From Minutocellus sp. GHC0000111 (taxonomy: Eukaryota): a stretch of DNA of 64,000 bases. The translations under genes and the position numbers were made by a program. The stretch is taken from positions 4,464,001-4,528,000 of the forward strand of contig OZ361256.1 of assembly GCA_977018835.1 (NCBI GenBank), in the 5' to 3' direction. Positions 45,829 through 56,555 of this stretch are shown one piece after another. Below the pieces are notes generated by a model. That model was not told where the DNA came from. It made no database searches and saw only the letters and a program-made list of their open reading frames with translations. Each line of letters begins with the position of its first letter. The stretch's first letter is position 1.

Positions 45829-47469
45829 ATGGTCCGATACGGAGCTGCTGCTGCTACCTCCTCGTGGCTTCTTGCCGCCGTGAGTCTAGCGCTCGCCTCA
45901 ACTTCTAGCCAGCATGGCGCCTGGGCTATCGATGTCGATGCCAGCAACGGCGAGGATCTCGTCGGCAGTGACATGACCGGCGATGGCGTCGTTTCCATCG
46001 ATCCAAACAACAATTCCGGCACTGATGGCTCTGTGTGGTCGTTTCCAGAAGCCATCGTCAAGGCGACTGGTCAGGAGCCGATCACCGAGTGGAAGGAATA
46101 TCTTTCGAAGGATCCCTTTGGTGAGCAAGCAAGCGCCCCTGCCGCGAATGCGCCTGGTTCAATTTATCCCAACAGGCCATTGTCCAGACCGGGGCTCAAC
46201 TGGGGCGGATTCCGCGGAAAATGGACGTTTCCCATGGGAACATGTCCCTACGGCGGATCCTTGGACGTCGACTCCTACGGCAAGGACAAGTGCCTCAGCG
46301 TCGGGCAGGCAATCTGCAAGGATGGATGGCGGTTTGGTATCCGGCATCACGTTGACAACACGTATCTGTTGCTCTGGCGTGAGGACGACCCGGCCAATCC
46401 TGTTTACAAGTGGTTCATAGGCGCTACAAGTCTGTGCATCGGCGAGCGGTATCCCAACGTGGCATACATGCAAATTATATACAACGGAGGCGAGCACTAC
46501 TATCTGATCGGCCCCGGCGCTGGCAGTGCTGACGACCTTGTCCGGCTCAAGATTGTGCCCGATACGCAGAACTACAAGCCCAACGACGTCATTGTCAAAT
46601 TCGTTGATGGTCCTGGCGATCAGAATGCTCTGTGGCAGATCTTTGCGAACGGATTCTCCCAAACGAGTCCATTTGCTCTCTGGTATCCCATCCCCTTTGC
46701 ATCCGACAGTCCCAGCGCAAGCCCGAGCGTTTCACCCACCATTTCGTTCGAGCCCTCGGAGAGTCCTTCCGACATGCCCTCGAGCAGTCCCAGTGCATCA
46801 CCATCGACGAGCCCGAGTGCCAGCCCGAGCGCATTGCCTTCAAGCAGTCCTAGTTCGATGCCATCTTCCTCTCCCTCGGACCAGCCCAGCGTAAGTCCTA
46901 GCTCTTCACCTTCTTCTCTTCCGAGCGTATCTCCCAGCGTGAACCCATCGGCACCTCCTACCGTGTCGTCTATGCCATCAGTTTCCTTTATGCACAGTAG
47001 TGAGCCATCTATGTCGCCCTCCTCGCTACCTTCGACATCACCTTCTGACGTCCCCAGCACTTTGCCAAGTGTGGCGCCCAGCAGCGTGCCCTCCTCTTCG
47101 CCATCGGCCAGTCCAAGTTCGGAGCCATCTTCGTCGCCATCTGACATCCCCTCAACGCTGCCGAGCGTTCAACCCTCCAGTATTCCATCATCTAGTCCGA
47201 GTATTTCGCCGTCCGATTCGCCCAGCTCTTCCCCGAGTTTGGCACCTAGCAGCGAGCCTTCACAGGCGCCGTCTGATGTACCAAGCTCTTCACCGAGCAG
47301 TCAACCCTCGAGCATTCCATCATCTAGCCCGAGCCTGGCTCCCTCGTCGTCACCATCTACCTCTCCGTCCGATGTCCCATCTCTCACGCCTTCTACGTCG
47401 CCATCTGATGTTCCGTCACTCACGCCGTCGAGTACTCCTTCAAAAATGCCGACAGCAGCATCCTTCTAA
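45829..47469 (+). CDS. Secreted family paralogue 3: N-domain plus S/P stalk only
   Basis: Intact ORF with signal peptide and the same CPYGG..VGQ.ICKD.W.FGIRHH..GPGDQNALWQIFANG domain. Confidence 0.85.
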   Translation: MVRYGAAAATSSWLLAAVSLALASTSSQHGAWAIDVDASNGEDLVGSDMTGDGVVSIDPNNNSGTDGSVWSFPEAIVKATGQEPITEWKEYLSKDPFGEQASAPAANAPGSIYPNRPLSRPGLNWGGFRGKWTFPMGTCPYGGSLDVDSYGKDKCLSVGQAICKDGWRFGIRHHVDNTYLLLWREDDPANPVYKWFIGATSLCIGERYPNVAYMQIIYNGGEHYYLIGPGAGSADDLVRLKIVPDTQNYKPNDVIVKFVDGPGDQNALWQIFANGFSQTSPFALWYPIPFASDSPSASPSVSPTISFEPSESPSDMPSSSPSASPSTSPSASPSALPSSSPSSMPSSSPSDQPSVSPSSSPSSLPSVSPSVNPSAPPTVSSMPSVSFMHSSEPSMSPSSLPSTSPSDVPSTLPSVAPSSVPSSSPSASPSSEPSSSPSDIPSTLPSVQPSSIPSSSPSISPSDSPSSSPSLAPSSEPSQAPSDVPSSSPSSQPSSIPSSSPSLAPSSSPSTSPSDVPSLTPSTSPSDVPSLTPSSTPSKMPTAASF

Positions 47470-47560
47470 TGTCCTTACCCATATTTGTAAAGGTTATTGT
47501 AGCCTAATGAAAAAAGTATCGTTTATATATATTTATAGATTTGTAATATATATATATATA

Positions 47561-48311
47561 TGTTAGTCCCAAAATGCGCACTGTCCCAGTTCGCGAACTG
47601 GGATCCCAGTTTGCGAACTGAGATTCATTTATCCCAGTTTGCGCACTGGGCCCCAGTTCCCAAACTAGGATCTCAGTTTGCGCACTGATACTACCAGAAT
47701 GGAAACTGAGATAAACACGCCAATCCGAATTTGGGAACCAGACGAGTTCGCGAACTGGAACAAAAATGAATACCAGTTTGGGAACTGGCATTCTCGGCAA
47801 GTGTCAGAATGGTAACTGCCGGTGTTGGCTCATGCACAATGATTATGTACTGGTAGATCTATCTACAATACAAGGTTGCACTGTGCATCATATCTTGAAT
47901 TTGCAAGCTACATGTACTGGTACAGTAGCAACATGATGCCGGCATAGCACAGATGCATGTACAGTTCATGACTTATATTTGCCAGAAGCAGCTAGCTAGA
48001 TATTATTATTTATTCACTATATGTATTTAGTATCAGCTAATGCCAATTTATTGAGTATCAGCTCCGGCACTAATGTCGTCTGGACGTCTGGACCAGGTTT
48101 GGGCTGTGTTGCTTCACTATGAAAAAATGAAGCGAGGAGAAGCAAAGGCGATATCATCCATGCTAAATATTCATTATTTCTCGATTGATCCCAGTTTGCA
48201 AACTGAGATTGTGCCTATGATCCCAGTTTCCAAACTGGGATAAATAAATCCTAGTTCGCAAACTGGGATCCCAGTTCGCGAACTGGGACAGTGCGCATTT
48301 TGGGACTAACA
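47561..48311. mobile_element. 751-bp non-autonomous DNA transposon (MITE) with TGTTAG..CTAACA termini inside a (TA)n tract
   Basis: About 59-bp perfect terminal inverted repeats extending imperfectly; subterminal CCCAGTTYGCRAACTGGG palindromes; (TA)n on both flanks. Confidence 0.9.
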
Positions 48312-49354
48312 TATATATATATATGTAGGTCTGTTCGTCGTTGGTAGTTCGCTGGGATTTGACCGTTGGTCTTTGTAGCAACGATCACCTAACTCGCCTA
48401 CTAGTGACATTCTTTGCTGATTTGTAATGAGCCAACGCGAGATGCTTGGTCGATTGGTCCTCCATGCCATGAGAGCAGAGTTCACTGTTGTGCTCTCATG
48501 GGGATGGTTCTGTTAAATATGTTTGTCATTTTGTTTTGCTTTTTGTGTGTTTCTGTTATGTGAATCCCTTGTGATTCAATGACATCGTCCAAAATTGACT
48601 AGTCGAACGACTGTTTGCGGTGAGATGTCGGTAAAACCTGCTGGGTCTCGAAGTTCTTCTTTTTCTGTTTGATTGTACCACGTCGTCTCATGGATTGCGA
48701 ACATGTTGCGTTCGTCATCATCGTCGTCCTGGTCATAGCTTCCGGTGCTGATGCGGCACACGAGCAACCGGCCTTCTTTCACGACAATTCCGCTCTACTG
48801 GGGCACTGGAGCTCCAGTCATTGGTCCTAATGGGCCTTCGACTGTCATCGTGGTGTTACGGATAGGGCTAATTTTGGGATCTATGGACATAGATTTGGGA
48901 TCTGAGGTTATCGACACCTATGTCAAGACCCTAGAGGAGGACTATGTGGTTTTGCTAGGGGAACAGGTTGGCGAATGCGCTCCGAGAGGCCTAGTTTCTT
49001 GCATGAGGTCGCAAGTATACGAAAGCCAACACTGATGCAGGTGACGGCTACATGTTCTATGAATGTGGCTCTCTTTGGATTTTGTTCAAATATATTTATT
49101 TAAGCTATTACCTACATGTAGCGGGACGACACCACCAGTCTTCTAGAAATTTCTAGTTTTTCTTTTGCGTTGTCAAAAAAAAATATGTGGAAAGTCTCGT
49201 ACACAAAAAGAAATCTTTTTTCGTGTTCACTTGAACTTTTGCTTGAAGTTCCTCCTTCTCCCTGCAACCTGTTCCCGATCCCAGCACAACCAGCCAGAAC
49301 GGCCAGAAACATGATGAACAAGCCCAAGCCCATTGATACAGTATACGCGCAAGC

Positions 49355-50098
49355 ATGAAGGATAGCTCTCCAGCTCTGACCCGTAGATGCAGCAGAGAGC
49401 TCCAAAGTCTTCTCGCTACTACTTCCTCCCCAATGATGGCTTCAGCATCGATGCCTGCCCTCGACAGTGCACGAAGCCTGACGAAACGATCATCCTCCGG
49501 AAAGTTGGCTCGCAGGGCCTATTCGTCCAAATGGTCATCAGACAAAGGTGTAAAATATCGTAGAAGGCGATCATCTGATAAGCTGCCTGGTCCCAACGCT
49601 GAGTTTGACACCTTTGGTGACTCATCTGTTTCCGGCACGACCACCTCGTCACTCTTGATCGAGAAGGTGGAAAAAGCAATCACCGGGAACAGCACGAAAC
49701 CAGAACCAAAAAGGTCAGAGGAAGAAAATCCGCAGCCACCCACGGAACCACCACGCTTAACGACGCCACCACCACCACTACCATCATCAGCTGCAAGAAG
49801 TAATGTTCCCGACGACGCTTCCTCCACCATCACGCCCCAGCAACCGAAGACTTCCCAACTCCCCCAAAACAATGAACACCAAGTAGCGAAGGCAAATATA
49901 AAATACAACGAGGCTGGACGCGCAGCCGTCCTCGCCGTCTGCGAGACCTTGCACCACGACTTTGGTCAGCTCAACAACATCATCAATGTAACGCTTCCGA
50001 CCAGCGAGCTGGAACGTCTGGCCGAGAATCCGGACGTCGCCTGGATCGACCGGAGCGGCGCGGTATATTTCATGCAACCGTACCGATCAGCGAAATAG
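49355..50098 (+). CDS. Hypothetical protein with a C-terminal subtilisin-propeptide (inhibitor I9)-like domain
   Basis: IKYNEAG..LHHDF..INVTLP..LERLAENPDVAWID follows a disordered S/P-rich region. Confidence 0.5.
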   Translation: MKDSSPALTRRCSRELQSLLATTSSPMMASASMPALDSARSLTKRSSSGKLARRAYSSKWSSDKGVKYRRRRSSDKLPGPNAEFDTFGDSSVSGTTTSSLLIEKVEKAITGNSTKPEPKRSEEENPQPPTEPPRLTTPPPPLPSSAARSNVPDDASSTITPQQPKTSQLPQNNEHQVAKANIKYNEAGRAAVLAVCETLHHDFGQLNNIINVTLPTSELERLAENPDVAWIDRSGAVYFMQPYRSAK

Positions 50099-50189
50099 AA
50101 AAGTGACAAAATAAACGAATACGTCGTAGAAGCAGAACTATACATTACTTTGTTCATTATTAGTCAGAATAGACCACGAGGTTTTGCTC

Positions 50190-50610
50190 TCAAACAGAAA
50201 TCAAGGTTGCGATTGGCGCGCAAGTAATATCCTTGATAGAGAGACCAAAGTTGGGAGTCTCTCTGGAAAAGCTAAGCACATTTGTGCCGGGGGATAGATG
50301 TATCGTGACGGGATCCGTCCATTGCCACTCGCCGACAGTGTATGGAACAACAATGGATAAAACGTCAACAACATCGTCGCCTTCCACCATGCCGCCAGTG
50401 TTGCTACCTGTACTCCCTCCAACGCTCACAGTCAAGAGCAATGGTTGCTTGCTGTTTGAGGTGAACGTTGCACAGCCTCAAAAAGATAGAGCGTACTCAC
50501 CAGTCCGGTCTCCCGGTAGATCAGCAATAATGTATTCAAAGGCGTCTCCTTCGGCATGATGCAGCAGGCTACCCCCCAGAAAACTCGGAGTAAATTGAAC
50601 ATGCGCAGTG
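50190..50610 (-). pseudogene. Degenerate 3' fragment encoding a CBM-like beta-sandwich
   Basis: SFLGG.LLH..FEY..GEYALSF* then IVVPYTVGEWQWTDPVTIHLSPGTNVLSFSR..GLSIKDI; contains a stop or frameshifts and lacks a 5' end. Confidence 0.5.
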
Positions 50611-50707
50611 CTCTGCCGTGGTTCGCTACAGCTAGCTCGTCGCTGGCATGATGATCTTACCGTCGTCGGGGGTCCTACAGTCGGTCCCCAGCGATAAGAA
50701 TATTCAG

Positions 50708-51271
50708 TGTTCTTATCTCAGGGCTTAGATTCCGGATAAAGTAAGCATACTGAGGGCTTAGATTTGGGTGATATTCTTATTTTGGGTGCATGGCAAAGGG
50801 AAATTTGTGAGGTGGAATCGTCAAAATTTTCCTTTTCTAACTGTGCAAATTTTTTAAGAAACCTGTCATCATGACAGATGTCATGATGAAATAGAGAAAG
50901 AAAGCCGCAGCGCGCGCGAAAACTAAATCCGCGCCGTCGAAATTTGATGCATTCGCCGCCGCATGACTTTTCGCCGAGACATCGACACGATGACTTGCCC
51001 CCCCCTCCTCGCCGCCACTCCTGTTGCCAGTGCTGGCACTACAGGTAGCAGTACAGCTGGCCTTAGGCCGTGCATAACATGTGCAGCTTGGCTCAATGCC
51101 GTGCAGACAGACTCTGTGTAGAAAAATTGCCTGTGTGGACCCCCGGCAATTTGCCGTCGTCGTCGTGCCTCCAGAGGGGGGTCTCGGGACCCCAAAGCAG
51201 AAGAAAAATAAGAATAATGTTCTTATCTCAGGGCTCAGATTTCAGTAGAAATAAGCATATTGAGGGCTTAG
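50708..51271. repeat. Imperfect ~54-bp direct repeats (50708-50761 and 51218-51271)
   Basis: tgttcttatctcagggctYagatt..taagcataYtgagggcttag at offset 510. Confidence 0.7.
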
Positions 51272-51754
51272 CAATTTCCCCAATATTATTATTGATTGCT
51301 GGGGACGGACTGCATGGTGACGACGGTCTCTTTTGGCGCATCAACATCGATCGGTCTCTTTGGTGTCCTTGCCTTGCAATCTCTCTGAGAAATGATGTTC
51401 CTGATCGGCTCGTTCACTCCACAAGCCACACTCATGGTAGACTTCAACGGTGGTGTAGCATCCGCCCTCACCGCTTGAGACTTCTTAGCCAAAATAGCTG
51501 TGCTTCGCCATGAGGGCCAGCGAGCACAAAAAGCTACCCGGAGTTTGGGCCTTGCGTTTCGCCACTGGCACTCAGTCGCGCGCTTTTTACGCGCAAGTTG
51601 CTCCCAAGTTGACGTTGACGTTTCGCTCCTCTCAAACTTTTTTCTGCCACCTTTTTTACTTGCATCTGTTAAAAGGGAACAATGCCACGTGAATATCCAA
51701 CCGCCATCCGTGGTCCTGGATCGGCGGTTCCCCCGTGCATTATTTTCTGCCATC

Positions 51755-53025
51755 ATGGTCCGATGCAAAGCTGCTGCTGCTACCTCCTCGTGGCTTCTCG
51801 CCGCTGTGAGTCTGGCGCTCGCCCCAACTTCTAGTAGCCATCATGGCGCCTGGGCTATCGATGTCGATGCCAGCAACGGCGAGGATCTCGTCGGCAGTGA
51901 TAACACCGGCGATGGTGTCGTTTCCATCGAGCAGAATAATGCCGTTGATAATGCTGGTGGCTCTGTGTGGTCGTTTCCGGAAGCTATCGTCAAGGCAACA
52001 GGTCAAGAGCAGATTACTGACTGGAAGGCACATCTCTTCAAGGACCCCTTTGGTGAGCAAGCAAGCGCCTCTGTCCCAGATAAGCCGACCGTATCGATTT
52101 ATCCTGACAAGCCGTTATCCAGACCAAAACTCAACCGGGGTGGAGGTGCTAAATGGCCAACTTCCACCACCTGTCCATATGGTGGATCTATGGATGTCGA
52201 CTACTACGGCAAGGAGAAATGCCTCAGTGTTGGACAGGCAATCTGCAAAAATGGGTGGCGATTTGGAATCCGACACTATAATGATGACACGTACTGATGC
52301 TTTGGCGTGAGGACGACCCGGCCTACCCGGTTCACAGATGGTTCGTAGTAGGCGCTACGAGTCTCTGCATCGGCGAGCGGTATCCCAACGTGGCATATAT
52401 GCGCATTGTCTTCGAACACTATGTATACTACGTCATCGGTCCCAGCGCTGGTAGTACCGACCACCTTGCCCGTCTCAAGATTGTGCCCGATACACAAAAG
52501 TACAAGCCCGATGATGTTATCGTCAAGTTCCGAGACGGTCCTGGAGATCAGAATGCTCTGTGGCAGATATTTGCCAATGGTGTTTCTCAGACAAGCCCTG
52601 ACGCACTCTGGTATCCTATCCTAGATCCATCGGAAAGTCCAAGCCCCACACCTGTACCCAGCCCTTTGCCCAGTGTACCCCCAAGCGTATCGGCAGGGCC
52701 CACCGTGTCATCTATGCCATCAGTCCCCTTCATGCCCAGTAGCGAACCATCTGTGATGCCCAGCGGTATTCCGAGGTAAAACCTTTGATGCACATGCACA
52801 TGGTTCTAGAGTTAGGAGTGCCATTCATTTTACATTTATCTTTCCAGAAACACTGACGAACTTTGGTCCCTCTTTCTCAACAAATCTTTTAATAGTAATT
52901 CGTTGACCTCATCGCCTACGGGGTCGCCAACCTCATCACCTACGGAGTCGCCGACCTCATCGCCTACCGAGTTTCCGACAGACCAACCCTCTCCGAGCGC
53001 GAGCGCAGAACCCAGTGGCTTCTGA
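51755..53025 (+). pseudogene. Secreted family paralogue 4 (1-bp deletion near 52294; intron 52776-52895; short stalk)
   Basis: Signal peptide and 5' flank closely resemble paralogue 3. The N-domain is split over two frames, and degenerate stalk sequence continues past the TGA at 53023-53025. Confidence 0.7.
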
Positions 53026-53306
53026 TGTACCAAGCTCTTCACCGAAGAGTCAAATACCAATTGGCATGTCATGGTCCAAAAGGGGGCAGTAAACAATATG
53101 TGTCGGCCAGACAATTTATCAGCACTTGAAAGATAAGACGGCCGATTCGAGTGTTGTACTTTCGTGCTTGCTCTGTCGAGACTTAATAGTGAAGATAATC
53201 CCACTACTTATAATTTTTAGGAAATGTATCATCATCAAGTTATCAAGTTGAGTTTCCATCTCCAGCATTATCTTAGGCATTCCTATTACCGCACATGAAA
53301 TTAATT

Positions 53307-55778
53307 TCACGCTGGTATTCCGCTCCAAGTCTCGATAGCTTCTACATAAACTTCAGGATCAGCTTGGGCCCAAAAGCCGTCGGTGAGCTGCCTAGTAGCC
53401 TCCTCACATTTCTTCTTGCTTTGGCGCAGCACGAGGTACGGCGTACCTATCGCCGCAACGGCTGCAACGGGCAGCGCCGGTATCAACCATGGCTGGGTCG
53501 CCGCCAGAGATAATCCCATGAGTGTGGTACTCTTGGCGTTGCCGATTGCGGTTGTGTGCCAAAATACGTCAGACTGCAAACTCGACCATCGACCTGTCTT
53601 GCACCAAACGGCTATGCACTCTGAGTTTGAATTGAAGACATGATAGGCAGGCAGCACATCGTCCTCGTTCTCGAGTAAAAAGAGCACACGGGCCAGCACA
53701 ATCTTGGCCGCGTCAGATTTGGACGCTGTCGAGGGATCTGACTGCTTGTTGTTCTTGTCGCCGTCGCCACTTTCTTCAGACGTATCCTTGGCATCGCCTG
53801 TCTTCTTGAAGGGCCAAATATTTGCCAGCGATGACGACTTGCGCACCTTCTTGTCTGCCTCGTCTTCTTTGCCAGATGACTTGGCCTCCGTTGCGTCTTC
53901 GGGTGCCTTTCGCCTCGGTGATTGCCGTGCTTTAAGATCGACGGCATTTGCGGCGGCAACCATTTCCTCTAGAGTTTTGGGCTCGGTCTCGTCAGGATTC
54001 GTCTCGTTCGTGGGGGTAGCCGATGTTGACGAATGCTCACTGATTTCTTCAGGAGAAGTTTGTTCACTTCCTTGTGTAGCCTTGTTGTTCGATTCAAATG
54101 ATGAGGGGGCTGCTTGATCTTCTTGTTCAGATGTTTCCTTGGCATCCAAATCACCAAAATCCGTCGACGGGGTTGCTTGGACGCTGGTGGATTCACTGGC
54201 AGTGGCATCATTGCCGGTTTGAGCTTCGGCCTCAGTAGTCGTCGGAGAGGTACATCGGCTCGATGGGTTGGACCGCAGCCATGAAGTGAAGCGGTTACCA
54301 CCGGCCTCCTTCTTGGTAGCGGTGTTTTTATCGCTGTTCTCGTCATCCACGGCAACTTCTTTTCCTTTGCCCTCGTCGCTTTTGTTATCAATATTTTCGT
54401 CATCGCCACCACCAAACAATCCCTTCCCACCGTAGTTGACCTTGCGCCACTTTTTGATATCCTTGGGATCCGTCAGGGTGATGACGTTCAGCCTCTTGCC
54501 CTTTTTGAGATGCTGCGCCAGAAAGGATTCCTCGGACTTTTTCAACGATTTCGGTCTGGGGGGCTTCTCGGTCGATTTGTTGTCAGTTGGTTCCTCCCCG
54601 TTGGCGCATGTGGTAGATGCAGAAGTGGCACCTCCGTCGGTATCGTCCGAATCTTTGGTTTGTGTTTCGTCGGTATTTACATCGGCGGCATTGGCATCGG
54701 CATCTGCTCCTGCCTGAACATCTGTGTCGGCTTCATTTTGACCCCCCAAATCATTGGAGCTGGAATGCAAACTCGCCGGCGCCGTGGCGATGCCGTCGGC
54801 ATGCTCTTGATGACGATGTCGCTTGGTTTGCTCCTGAGTAGGCCCACCATTGCTATCTGCATCGGCATCATCTCCTCTCTCATTCCCACCGCCATCGTCG
54901 TTGTCGTCATCACCCTTGCGGGTGAAGCCAAAGTCCGCGATTTTCACCCACACAATCTTTTTGCACTTTGGTGCCGGCAGCGGAAGCGAGGCTGCCTCCT
55001 CCCCCTCCTCCTTGCCATCCCCACTGGTATCCGCATTGGCATTGTCCCCCTTGGCATCATTTGTATTCTTTTCATCGCCCTTTTCCTCGCCCTTCTCCTC
55101 CTCCTCCTCTTCGGAAGCGTCAGGGGAGGTATCGAGGACGATGCCATGGATCTGAATGGGGTACGTAAAGCCAAAGTGCGACCAGCGGTAGACGTGATCC
55201 CCGGGCCTGAGACCGTGCTCGTAGGTGGTGTCACCTTCGTCACCATCCTCCTTGCTGCTGCTTTGGCCAATATCAGCCGGTGAAGATGCATTTTGCTGCT
55301 TCTTTGGTGGGTCTTTGGCAGTTGTAATATCGTCACCATGGTCAATATCAGCCGCGCCCTCTTGGTCGTTCTTGGACGATCGTCTCGACCCGCTGCCACC
55401 TCCACCAAATAAGAATGAGCCGAACCCACCCCCGCCCCTTTGCTTCTTGGCGGCTTCCTGCTTCTCCAGCATCTTGCGCATGGCCGGATTCACGTACGCG
55501 CCGGTCGGGCTCTTGCTGATCGGTGACGGGGCCGCTGCAGGTGCTGCCGCGTCGTCGGAAGACTGCGGGGCGGGGATGGTCACCGAGAGACCAGCAGTCT
55601 CAGCCTCGGAGGACGATGTTGCGGTCGGAGGTGCAGCGGCAGCATTAGCGTCGGCGGTGCCGGCGGTAGTCGGCACGTCATCTGCTACCGGTGCATCTTG
55701 TGCCGACTTTTCATCGGAGCCTTTTGCAGCTGATGCAGCCGCCGAGATATCGGCTGGTGCCTCCTTGGCGTCCGTCAT
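53307..55778 (-). CDS. LRAT/NC-domain (permuted NlpC/P60) protein with large acidic insertions
   Basis: LRPGDHVYRW..IHGIVL near the N-terminus and YHVFNSNSECIAVWCKTGRWSSLQ near the C-terminus, followed by a hydrophobic segment. Confidence 0.75.
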   Translation of the reverse strand: MTDAKEAPADISAAASAAKGSDEKSAQDAPVADDVPTTAGTADANAAAAPPTATSSSEAETAGLSVTIPAPQSSDDAAAPAAAPSPISKSPTGAYVNPAMRKMLEKQEAAKKQRGGGGFGSFLFGGGGSGSRRSSKNDQEGAADIDHGDDITTAKDPPKKQQNASSPADIGQSSSKEDGDEGDTTYEHGLRPGDHVYRWSHFGFTYPIQIHGIVLDTSPDASEEEEEEKGEEKGDEKNTNDAKGDNANADTSGDGKEEGEEAASLPLPAPKCKKIVWVKIADFGFTRKGDDDNDDGGGNERGDDADADSNGGPTQEQTKRHRHQEHADGIATAPASLHSSSNDLGGQNEADTDVQAGADADANAADVNTDETQTKDSDDTDGGATSASTTCANGEEPTDNKSTEKPPRPKSLKKSEESFLAQHLKKGKRLNVITLTDPKDIKKWRKVNYGGKGLFGGGDDENIDNKSDEGKGKEVAVDDENSDKNTATKKEAGGNRFTSWLRSNPSSRCTSPTTTEAEAQTGNDATASESTSVQATPSTDFGDLDAKETSEQEDQAAPSSFESNNKATQGSEQTSPEEISEHSSTSATPTNETNPDETEPKTLEEMVAAANAVDLKARQSPRRKAPEDATEAKSSGKEDEADKKVRKSSSLANIWPFKKTGDAKDTSEESGDGDKNNKQSDPSTASKSDAAKIVLARVLFLLENEDDVLPAYHVFNSNSECIAVWCKTGRWSSLQSDVFWHTTAIGNAKSTTLMGLSLAATQPWLIPALPVAAVAAIGTPYLVLRQSKKKCEEATRQLTDGFWAQADPEVYVEAIETWSGIPA

Positions 55779-56555
55779 GGCTACAGGCTGGATCGATCAC
55801 CGCCGGTACTGCCTGATACTACTGGCAAGTAGTGGGAGCAACGGCGAACAATGCGGTCATCCGCTCATCTTTGTGCCGTTTGCTGGCCGAAAATAATGAC
55901 GTCATAGCATTCGAAGTTGTCTCATTTGGAAAGAATTGAGCCCAACGCATTGGCTTTGCCGGCATTTGCCGTCATTTGGCTTGGCCCTTGTATCGGCCGC
56001 CGCCGGAAGAGCAGGCAGCAGCGTGGAGAGCGAGACGAGAGACAGATACCAGTCAGACCACGCACGCACGGCACGTGCCCATGTGCTAGCTAGGATAGCG
56101 TGGGAGCCATCCATTTTCTTCTTTTGATTGTCGAGAGGCGGCGATTTTTTCGGCCGGTCGGCGCACGTCCTGCAGTCCTTCTCGAGGAAGCGCGCAACTA
56201 CGTAACTCGTGCCGGGTTTTGTTGTTGTCCCTTTCCTTGTCGCTAGGTTGCCACGCAGCACCAACGGGCATTCCAGATACGGCCTGGAATTTTTGTTTGG
56301 CTCGCTTGTATCTGCGCCAAAAGCCATTTTTGCGGTGTGAATTTATTGATCTGGTCGAGTGCCTCGTGCCAAGGGGAACCAAGACCTGCAAGCCAGCGAG
56401 GCAAAGCTAAAGTCGAAGTGAAAGCTAGGCAACTGGACCGGGCCGATTGATTGCTGTCACTGAGGGATTTGAACAAGGCGGGCGAGCGGACAGCAGTCGA
56501 GACTGGTTGTCCATTTGATTCGATTCAAGTCAATTCAAAAACCATACACGAAGGC

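Noticed and set aside
36219..47147. Minus-strand G/E/D/L-rich ORFs such as 44109..45047 and 46620..47147
   Set aside because: Mirror translations of the S/P-rich stalks.
47561..48311. Palindromic repeats resembling a CRISPR array
   Set aside because: Irregular spacing, no unique spacers and no cas genes; the repeats are arranged as terminal inverted arms of a MITE in a eukaryotic genome.
48400..49340. Short ORFs downstream of the MITE
   Set aside because: Under 100 aa with no motifs or clear splice structure.
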